This document shows positions 25,440-32,000 of a stretch of DNA of 32,000 nucleotides, in pieces. Source of the stretch: Prochlorococcus sp. MIT 0801 (GTDB lineage: Bacteria; Cyanobacteriota; Cyanobacteriia; PCC-6307; Cyanobiaceae); assembly GCF_000757865.1 (NCBI RefSeq), contig NZ_CP007754.1, positions 1,290,001 to 1,322,000 on the forward strand. The letters run 5' to 3'. The notes under the pieces are model-generated. The model saw only the letters and a program-made list of their open reading frames with translations. It was not told the origin of the DNA and did not search any database. A program made the translations under genes and the position numbers. Each line of letters begins with the position of its first letter. Position 1 is the first letter of the stretch.

Positions 25440-26555
25440 GTGAATATTTTTGATGAGGCTAATGATTTATTAGATAATTTCATTTTCAATCACCTTAGTT
25501 CATACCATCAACTAAGAAATTACGATTATGGTATCGAAAACAGGACTAATGTCTCTCAAATTTCTAAATATACATCACATAGAATCCTTTACGAATTTGA
25601 CATAATTGAAAAATTAAAAAAGTATGATAAGAAACAAAAGTACACTGATGAAATCCTTTGGAGGATCTATTGGAGGGGTTACCTTGAAAATTACAAATCC
25701 ATATGGTATGAATATATAAATTTCAAAGAAAACTCAAAAAGTTCATACTTAATTAGTTCTGCTATTAATGGTAAGACAGGTATAGATTGCTTTGATAAAT
25801 GGATAGAGGAGCTTAGAGAGAATAACTATTTGCATAATCACGCAAGGATGTGGTTCGCAAGTATATGGATTTTCACTCTAGGACTTCCATGGCAATTAGG
25901 AGCGAGGCTGTTCATGAAACATCTACTAGATGGGGATGCTGCATCGAACACCCTTAGCTGGAGATGGGTGGCTGGTATGCACACAAATAAGAAGCCTTAC
26001 TTAGCATCTAAAGAAAACATCAATAAGTACACAGTTAATCGATTTAGAGATACTCCCATTAGCATTTCGAGCAAAATTAATATCATAAAAGATAGTCAAC
26101 ATCAATCAAATAAACTTCCAGTTCAAAGAAGTTTTCCTAATAGTAATATTCTAATAATATTTGATAATGATATGAATATCATGAACAGATATACGTTATT
26201 TAATTCATACTCAAAGGTTTATATATTGCATAATATAGCCACAAATAATGAATTTGATCTAAGTGAGACCGTGATTCAATTCAAACGAGGTTTAATTGAT
26301 AAAATAAATAAGTTAATCCCAAACTCAGAAGTATTAAAATCAACTGACCTAGGAATTAATTTGTCTGGTCACAGTTTTATTGATGTTATCTACCCAGGAG
26401 TTGGGCATAATCTAGATCTAATAAATAAATTTGCTAATCAAAATCAAATCATTTTTAATTATATATATAGAAAAGAGGACCTTAAATATTGGAATTATGC
26501 AAATTCAGGATTTTACAAATTTAAGACTTCATTTAATAGAATTAATAAGATCTAA
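25440..26555 (+). CDS. Photolyase-like flavoprotein with inverted domain order (FAD-binding helical domain N-terminal, extra alpha/beta-like domain C-terminal)
   Basis: GTG start, 371 aa. Residues about 40-200 carry photolyase C-terminal-domain motifs (ILWRIYWRGY, YLHNHARMWFASIW, LLDGDAASNTLSWRWVAG). No N-terminal photolyase alpha/beta domain precedes them, and about 170 aa follow. Confidence 0.7.
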   Translation: MNIFDEANDLLDNFIFNHLSSYHQLRNYDYGIENRTNVSQISKYTSHRILYEFDIIEKLKKYDKKQKYTDEILWRIYWRGYLENYKSIWYEYINFKENSKSSYLISSAINGKTGIDCFDKWIEELRENNYLHNHARMWFASIWIFTLGLPWQLGARLFMKHLLDGDAASNTLSWRWVAGMHTNKKPYLASKENINKYTVNRFRDTPISISSKINIIKDSQHQSNKLPVQRSFPNSNILIIFDNDMNIMNRYTLFNSYSKVYILHNIATNNEFDLSETVIQFKRGLIDKINKLIPNSEVLKSTDLGINLSGHSFIDVIYPGVGHNLDLINKFANQNQIIFNYIYRKEDLKYWNYANSGFYKFKTSFNRINKI

Positions 26556-26654
26556 AATCTTATTAATTTTATTAAGTCAATACAAACAGATCATCCACGT
26601 CTACCACAATTAAATTAAATCATAATTATAGTAAATAAACATTTTCAAAGGGTT

Positions 26655-27557
26655 ATGGTTAGATTAAATGAAATCAAGATGCAAGACGGAAAAGTATTCT
26701 TAATCACCGGAGCCAATAGTGGTCTTGGCTATGAAACATCAAAATTCCTTTTAGAAAGGGGGGCAACAGTAATCATGTCTTGCAGAGACATGATCAAAGG
26801 AGAGAAAGCCAAACAAGAACTTTTAAAATTTAATTTTTCTGGAAAGATCGAACTAGTTGAATTAGATTTATCCGATTTAATAAACGTTAAAAAATTTGCT
26901 GAATCTATAAAAAATAAATTTGATTACTTAGATGTTTTAATCAATAATGCTGGGATAATGGCTCCACCAAAGACTTTTAGCAAGCAAGGTTTTGAAATAC
27001 AGTTTGCAGTTAATCATCTTGCACATATGTTTTTAACGTTAGAACTATTACCCATGCTTGAAGAAAAAAATAATTCTAGAGTTGTCACAGTAACCTCAGG
27101 TGTCCAATATTTTGGAAAGATTCAGTGGGCGGATTTACAAGGAAATCTTAAATACGATCGTTGGGCTTCCTATGCGCAGAGCAAGCTTGCAAACGTAATG
27201 TTTGGCTTGGAACTTAATTCAAAACTTAAAGAAAGCAATTCAAAAACTTCTTCACTACTAGCTCATCCAGGATTTGCACGAACAAATTTGCAGCCAAAAT
27301 CTGTTGAGGCTAATCAATCATGGCAAGAAGGACTTGCTTACAAGTTGATGGATCCCATGTTTCAAAGCGCGAAAATGGGAGCATTGCCTCAAATAGCAGC
27401 CGCTACATTATCTAACGCTATTGGAGGAGAGCAATATGGACCTAGATTTAACTTTAGAGGGTTCCCAAAAATCTGTAAAAATGCTCCAGAGGCATTAAAT
27501 CAAACTTCAAGAAAAAAATTGTGGGCAATAAGCGAAACGCTAATAAAAGATGTTTGA
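26655..27557 (+). CDS. Short-chain dehydrogenase/reductase (classical SDR)
   Basis: TGANSGLGYE (TGxxxGxG), NNAG, and the catalytic YAQSK (YxxxK). Length is 300 aa. Confidence 0.85.
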   Translation: MVRLNEIKMQDGKVFLITGANSGLGYETSKFLLERGATVIMSCRDMIKGEKAKQELLKFNFSGKIELVELDLSDLINVKKFAESIKNKFDYLDVLINNAGIMAPPKTFSKQGFEIQFAVNHLAHMFLTLELLPMLEEKNNSRVVTVTSGVQYFGKIQWADLQGNLKYDRWASYAQSKLANVMFGLELNSKLKESNSKTSSLLAHPGFARTNLQPKSVEANQSWQEGLAYKLMDPMFQSAKMGALPQIAAATLSNAIGGEQYGPRFNFRGFPKICKNAPEALNQTSRKKLWAISETLIKDV

Positions 27558-27564
27558 GATCCTC

Positions 27565-28158
27565 TCAAAGCAAAGGAAGTAATTCTTCTCCTCTATCACA
27601 TATTTCTTGTTGAGAAGGACATTCTATTTTTCCAGTCCAATGAATTAAGCCTTTTCTAATTGGACAATTACATTTATTCTCACCAGTTAATTCATTGAGT
27701 TCACCACCTGTCCAAGGAGTTGCCTTACCATCAAGCATTATTTCTTTAAATCGATCAGAAAACGACTTACTTAACCTCTCATAAACTTGTACTGACTGAA
27801 GTAAATCATCAAATGCCTTGGATTTATCTTCATAATTTCTTTTTTCTAATTCTTTATCAAAAACACCTCTCATAAATTTTGTACAATTAACTGCTTCCAA
27901 ATTAGTAAATGGTTTTAGCTTTTGACTTAAGTATTCCCTATTAGAAACTATTGATTCAAGAGACAATATCCTTTCTTCTAAAGCCTTAATCTTATCAACA
28001 GAAGACAAATCGGTATTTAGAATATCATTATCAGACAATGACTTTGAAACTAAATCAGTTATGTGTTCGGTCAGACTTTTGCCTGACATAGTCGCCTGTC
28101 GCTTAACTTTAGTCAATAAGTCTTTTGAGATTTTTATATTAAACTGACTTTTAGTCAT
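27565..28158 (-). CDS. Hypothetical protein: N-terminal ribbon-helix-helix-like segment, coiled middle, Cys-rich C-terminus
   Basis: FNIKISKDLLTKVKRQATMSGKSLTEHITDLVSKSL fits the RHH (CopG/Arc) pattern. The C-terminus is NKCNCPIRKGLIHWTGKIECPSQQEICDRG. Divergent from psbA. Confidence 0.55.
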   Translation of the reverse strand: MTKSQFNIKISKDLLTKVKRQATMSGKSLTEHITDLVSKSLSDNDILNTDLSSVDKIKALEERILSLESIVSNREYLSQKLKPFTNLEAVNCTKFMRGVFDKELEKRNYEDKSKAFDDLLQSVQVYERLSKSFSDRFKEIMLDGKATPWTGGELNELTGENKCNCPIRKGLIHWTGKIECPSQQEICDRGEELLPLL

Positions 28159-28266
28159 TTTTCCTCAGTCATGACTGAGCCAATTATAGTGATTTGTTTA
28201 ATAATAGCAAAATAGGAAAAAAGAAAAAGTATTATCCCAACACGAGAATAAGAACCTACTATTTAA

Positions 28267-28308
28267 ACTATTCAAACTATTTCTACTAGTAAAAATAGTT
28301 TGAATAGT
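28267..28308. repeat. Perfect 16-bp inverted repeat with 10-nt loop in the RHH-gene / psbA divergent intergenic region
   Basis: Arm actattcaaactattt (28267..28282) and arm aaatagtttgaatagt (28293..28308). The loop ctactagtaa contains the ACTAGT palindrome. Confidence 0.85.
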
Positions 28309-28433
28309 AGAAGTAAATTGTAATTAATGCTTCTTCATTACTGATTGATTAATCGACCAGTTCGCAAAGCAACTTATGAGATAAGAACAAATTATTCATA
28401 CCAATAGATTTACTGATTGCTATTTGCCAAATC

Positions 28434-28462
28434 TTGGTGAGTTTACCCATCCTAGATATCTT
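28434..28462 (+). promoter_or_regulatory. Candidate psbA promoter (TTGGTG - 17 nt - TATCTT)
   Basis: This is the only -35/-10-like pair with 17-nt spacing that I could find within 120 nt of the psbA start. Weak match. Confidence 0.2.
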
Positions 28463-28543
28463 ATTTAGAAGCTAAATTCTGTCTGTCAGATTTTATCTGA
28501 TCTTATTTATTGCTCTTTCGAGCAAATACTTATCGCTCTTTTC

Positions 28544-29626
28544 ATGACCACTATTCAGCAGCAGCGTTCTTCGTTGCTCAAAGGTTGGCCACAATTCTGC
28601 GAGTGGGTTACTTCCACCAACAACCGTATCTATGTCGGTTGGTTCGGTGTATTGATGATCCCTTGCCTTCTTGCGGCAACAACTTGTTTCATCGTTGCAT
28701 TTATCGCTGCTCCTCCAGTTGATATCGACGGTATCCGTGAGCCAGTAGCTGGTTCATTCATGTATGGAAACAACATCATTTCTGGTGCTGTTGTTCCTTC
28801 AAGTAACGCTATCGGCCTTCACTTCTACCCAATCTGGGAAGCAGCAACTCTTGATGAGTGGCTATATAACGGCGGCCCTTACCAGCTTGTAATCTTCCAC
28901 TTCCTTATTGGTATCTCTGCATACATGGGACGTCAGTGGGAGCTTTCATACCGTTTAGGTATGCGCCCATGGATCTGTGTTGCTTACTCAGCACCTGTAT
29001 CAGCAGCTTTCGCTGTATTCCTTGTTTACCCATTCGGTCAGGGTTCATTCTCTGATGGTATGCCTCTAGGAATCTCTGGAACATTCAACTTCATGTTCGT
29101 TTTCCAGGCTGAGCACAACATCTTGATGCACCCATTCCATATGGCTGGTGTAGCAGGTATGTTCGGTGGTGCTTTGTTCTCTGCAATGCACGGTTCTTTG
29201 GTTACTTCATCACTTATCCGTGAGACCACAGGACTTGATTCACAGAACTACGGTTACAAGTTTGGACAAGAAGAAGAGACATACAACATCGTTGCAGCTC
29301 ATGGCTACTTCGGTCGTTTGATCTTCCAATATGCAAGCTTCAACAACAGCCGTAGCCTTCACTTCTTCTTGGCTTCATGGCCAGTGATTTGTGTTTGGTT
29401 GACATCTATGGGCATCTGCACCATGGCGTTCAACTTGAACGGTTTCAACTTCAACCAGTCTGTAGTTGATACTTCAGGCAAGGTTGTACCAACCTGGGGT
29501 GACGTACTTAACCGTGCAAACCTTGGTATGGAAGTAATGCACGAGCGTAATGCTCACAACTTCCCACTTGACCTAGCAGCTGCTGAGTCTACTTCTGTAG
29601 CTCTTGTTGCACCTGCAATCGGTTAA
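28544..29626 (+). CDS. psbA: Photosystem II reaction-centre protein D1
   Basis: 360 aa, unmistakable D1 sequence ([10 protein letters not shown]..., [37 protein letters not shown] plus C-terminal extension). GRQWELS gives Gln at the position-130 equivalent. Confidence 0.98.
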   Translation: MTTIQQQRSSLLKGWPQFCEWVTSTNNRIYVGWFGVLMIPCLLAATTCFIVAFIAAPPVDIDGIREPVAGSFMYGNNIISGAVVPSSNAIGLHFYPIWEAATLDEWLYNGGPYQLVIFHFLIGISAYMGRQWELSYRLGMRPWICVAYSAPVSAAFAVFLVYPFGQGSFSDGMPLGISGTFNFMFVFQAEHNILMHPFHMAGVAGMFGGALFSAMHGSLVTSSLIRETTGLDSQNYGYKFGQEEETYNIVAAHGYFGRLIFQYASFNNSRSLHFFLASWPVICVWLTSMGICTMAFNLNGFNFNQSVVDTSGKVVPTWGDVLNRANLGMEVMHERNAHNFPLDLAAAESTSVALVAPAIG

Positions 29627-29645
29627 GTCTTTAACTTGATTTTTT

Positions 29646-29674
29646 AAAGCCCTCTTTTAGAGGGCTTTTTTTTT
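29646..29674 (+). terminator. psbA intrinsic terminator
   Basis: Stem aaagccctct / agagggcttt with loop ttt, followed by a 9-T run. Starts 20 nt after the stop. Confidence 0.85.
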
Positions 29675-29823
29675 GCAATTTTGGATTATTGAAAACATCT
29701 ACGAGGATTAATTATTCCTATAAAAAAATATTAACTTGATTAAGAAATAACTTAATATATGTTGCCCATCGGAAAAAGGTCAGCTAAAGAAAGTATCAAC
29801 AAATACATTTCTGGCTTCGACCC

Positions 29824-29961
29824 ATGATTAATGAGAACCTTGTAGAAATCCTTCTCGCTGCAATTCTTGTTTCAAACACCTATGACAAGGATCAGGCAAT
29901 CATTAAATGGGGAGGGATAGTAATAGCAGTAGCTGGTGTTGCTTCAGCCTTATTTAGCTAA
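29824..29961 (+). CDS. Possible 45-aa micro-protein with C-terminal TM helix (below ORF-track cutoff)
   Basis: My translation is MINENLVEILLAAILVSNTYDKDQAIIKWGGIVIAVAGVASALFS. The start overlaps (ATGA) a 22-codon ORF at 29759..29827. A terminator follows. Confidence 0.3.
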   Translation: MINENLVEILLAAILVSNTYDKDQAIIKWGGIVIAVAGVASALFS

Positions 29962-30016
29962 CTGTTGAAATCCTGTGATTTTGACAAAATTCGAATAAAT
30001 CAAACTTCTTAGTCTG

Positions 30017-30043
30017 AGCTGCAATTAATTTGCAGCTTTTTTT
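30017..30043 (+). terminator. Intrinsic terminator downstream of the micro-ORF
   Basis: Stem agctgcaa / tttgcagct (one bulge), followed by ttttttt. Confidence 0.5.
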
Positions 30044-30308
30044 GTGCGTTGAATAATAACTCATAAAAATATAGCCATACCAATGCATTAAAAGCAAAAT
30101 CTTGGTTGGAGAATAAAGTTAAAGGATAGAAAGTTTTGCGAGATTGAAGCTCTCCTAAAAGTCAAATTGTCTTCGGAGAAAATCCCATTTCATTCCTTAA
30201 TAAGCCAAAACCCCTGAATTTATCAAGCAAAATCATTAAGCAAAACCTGTTATTACAGTAAAAAGGCCTTTGTTTTCAGAGATGAATTATTTTCATTACA
30301 AAAATTGG

Positions 30309-30329
30309 TTAGGAAAGCGTTTTTCCTAG
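30309..30329 (-). terminator. Possible terminator of the transglutaminase-like gene
   Basis: Stem taggaaa / tttccta lies 39 nt beyond the stop. On the minus strand a T-run follows after 4 nt. Confidence 0.35.
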
Positions 30330-30367
30330 CACTTCAGAGTGAGTCCATCAAATAATTTCTATACAAT

Positions 30368-31216
30368 TCAGATAATTTCAATATTCCAATGTAATTCACT
30401 TTTCAAGTCAGGAGCACCAGTAAAACTTCCTCTTACTGGTGCTACAAGTTCAGACTTAGAAGAAGAGGCTAGGGTTATATATTTACTATTAATCAAACCA
30501 CAACCGCTTGGATCAAATCCTCTCCATCCAAAACCAGGTATAAAAATCTCAGTCCATGCATGAAGTTCATATTTTTCTGGGGGTTGGTCCATAAATTGAT
30601 ACCCGCTAACGAAACGACTAGGTATGCCAACGGATCGACAAGTCTCCATTAACAAAATTGCCAAATCCCTGCAAGAACCAACTCTCTCTCTAAGAGTTCT
30701 TGCTGCAGTCCATGCAGGTCCAAGATGTCTAGGTGTATATGTAACCCTATCTTTTATTAGAGCGATTAATTTATATAAAAAGTCCAATACATTATTTTCG
30801 ATCCCTACTAATGCCTCTTGAGCAATTTGAATTGCTGCTGGATCATGTTGTCCATTAAGCAACCAACCTTGAATAAATCCATTAAGTGAGCTATTTTCTG
30901 CTTCTATTTTCATAGGTAAACTTAGGTCATTATCATTTTTTAATTTATATAAATCTGGATGAATCTGCGTCTCGATTTCACTTTCTGCCTTAATAAGAAG
31001 AGAATTAGTAGGATCTTTAAAAAACACCTTAAAAATATCATCTCCATTTTCAGAGATTAAAGGAAATATTAAATGAGGGTAAGGATTAATTTCAAGACTA
31101 AAATAATTTAACTTCTGGAAACCCCCAGACCTGGGTTTCATACAAATCAAATGCTCGCGAAGAGAGACGGGTTCTTCATAAGAATAAAATAGTTTGTGAA
31201 TTATTTTCTTTTTCAT
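30368..31216 (-). CDS. Transglutaminase-like cysteine protease-fold protein (COG1305)
   Basis: Cys-His-Asp triad context: GSCRDLAILLMETCRSVGIPSRFVSGY, HAWTEIFIPGFGWRGFDPS. The start overlaps the upstream gene stop by 4 nt. Confidence 0.85.
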   Translation of the reverse strand: MKKKIIHKLFYSYEEPVSLREHLICMKPRSGGFQKLNYFSLEINPYPHLIFPLISENGDDIFKVFFKDPTNSLLIKAESEIETQIHPDLYKLKNDNDLSLPMKIEAENSSLNGFIQGWLLNGQHDPAAIQIAQEALVGIENNVLDFLYKLIALIKDRVTYTPRHLGPAWTAARTLRERVGSCRDLAILLMETCRSVGIPSRFVSGYQFMDQPPEKYELHAWTEIFIPGFGWRGFDPSGCGLINSKYITLASSSKSELVAPVRGSFTGAPDLKSELHWNIEII

Positions 31217-32000
31217 TCTTCTAAAGAATCAAAATCAAATCCCTTTTCATTTATAAAATAAAAGCTATGTATAAGATCATTTAATTTATTTAAGTCAATT
31301 TGAAGGCTATCAATAGCCTCATGTAAACCATTTTTAATTAAGTTATCTATTCTTACAAAACTCCATTTTGATAGTAATAAACCTATTAAACATTCTAGAT
31401 CATTTGGCTTCTGAGAAACAGGGGAATTTTGAATCTTACCTAAAGATTCTTTAATGCCCTCAAGACAAAATCTCACAGATCTGGGAAAAATAGGATCTAA
31501 TAGTAAAAAACTTGCAATTGCATTAGGAGTTATTGATCCTTGTTCAGATCTTCTAAACATTTGATAAGCTCCCGCTGAGCGTAATAAAGAAATCCATTGC
31601 AGTTCATCTAAGGCTCCTCCAAGCTCATTTAGATTTGGTAAAAGCAAAAAATATTTCACATCTAATATTCTAGAAGTTTTATCCGCTCTCTCAATCAACC
31701 TTCCTAATTTACTAAAATGCCATGCAATATCATGACTAAAAGTAGCATCTGTAACTCCATAAAATAACTGGCAACTTCTTCTTATTTCAAATAATTGTTC
31801 TTGAGCAGGTTGATGCCATATGACCTCACCTTCCTGAATACTCCAAAATAAACTATTTATTTGTTCCCACATCTCAGAAGTGATAACATCTCTAATTTGG
31901 CGCGCATTTTCTCTTGCCATATAAATGCAACTAACAATGCTATTTAGATTCTCTCTATCTTTAATAAGAAAACTTATTACATCACTTGAAGTTTTATTCT
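31213..32000 (-). CDS. Alpha-E domain protein (DUF403 / COG2307); 5' end outside the window
   Basis: ARENARQIRDVITSEMWEQINSLF and the conserved ER motif LGRLIERADKTSRILDVKY. The frame stays open upstream of Met 31920 to the window edge (..NKTSSDVISFLIKDRENLNSIVSCIY-MAREN). Confidence 0.8.
   Translation of the reverse strand, partial: NKTSSDVISFLIKDRENLNSIVSCIYMARENARQIRDVITSEMWEQINSLFWSIQEGEVIWHQPAQEQLFEIRRSCQLFYGVTDATFSHDIAWHFSKLGRLIERADKTSRILDVKYFLLLPNLNELGGALDELQWISLLRSAGAYQMFRRSEQGSITPNAIASFLLLDPIFPRSVRFCLEGIKESLGKIQNSPVSQKPNDLECLIGLLLSKWSFVRIDNLIKNGLHEAIDSLQIDLNKLNDLIHSFYFINEKGFDFDSLEE

Noticed and set aside
28510-28722. 70-aa ORF overlapping the 5' end of psbA
   Set aside because: It is an out-of-frame overlap with the unambiguous D1 reading frame and has no independent support.
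30339-30821. Plus-strand ORFs 30339..30563 and 30624..30821
   Set aside because: They are antisense to the transglutaminase-like gene, which carries a clear catalytic triad.
1-32000. tRNA/rRNA genes, IS elements, integrases, prophage or defence-system genes
   Set aside because: I scanned by eye for T-loop-like GTTCRA motifs in GC-rich about 75-nt patches and for transposase- or integrase-like ORFs. None was found outside known coding sequence. A tRNAscan or ISfinder run would be needed for certainty.

Overview
This is an AT-rich cyanobacterial chromosomal segment. Gene content points to a low-light-adapted Prochlorococcus marinus; I cannot assign a strain without a search. Coordinates 1-14.7 kb hold ordinary core genes: chlI, ruvC, 5-formyl-THF cyclo-ligase, sufE, hom, an orphan peptide-type ABC binding protein plus one permease, a DUF1400-type hydrolase, an MFS transporter, a PfkB kinase, a pentapeptide-repeat protein, a MIF-like tautomerase and a DCC thiol oxidoreductase. 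A very AT-rich stretch at about 11.6-12.8 kb has uncertain small ORFs. The centre of the window (15.6-22.4 kb) is an array of five paralogous pcb (CP43/IsiA-family chlorophyll a/b antenna) genes, all on the minus strand. Each has its own hairpin terminator. Four of them share a fixed-geometry upstream box. Just before the array lies a membrane-anchored protein encoded by 23 tandem 18-nt (PEPEAT-type) repeats, interrupted by a 1-nt deletion. Coordinates 22.9-27.6 kb form a photolyase-centred island: a DUF2805/TIGR03643-like protein, a 43-aa DUF2256-like zinc-ribbon ORF missing from the ORF track, a COG3046/(6-4)-photolyase-like protein that seems to lack Fe-S cysteine ligands, Bcp peroxiredoxin, an inverted-topology photolyase-like protein and an SDR. 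Next come an RHH-like/Cys-rich protein divergent from psbA, with a 16-bp perfect palindrome between them, then psbA itself. The window ends with the alpha-E and transglutaminase genes of the uncharacterised ATP-grasp/alpha-E/transglutaminase operon, which runs off the window. I found no rRNA, tRNA, CRISPR array, transposase or integrase. All family assignments come from motif recognition by eye, not from searches.
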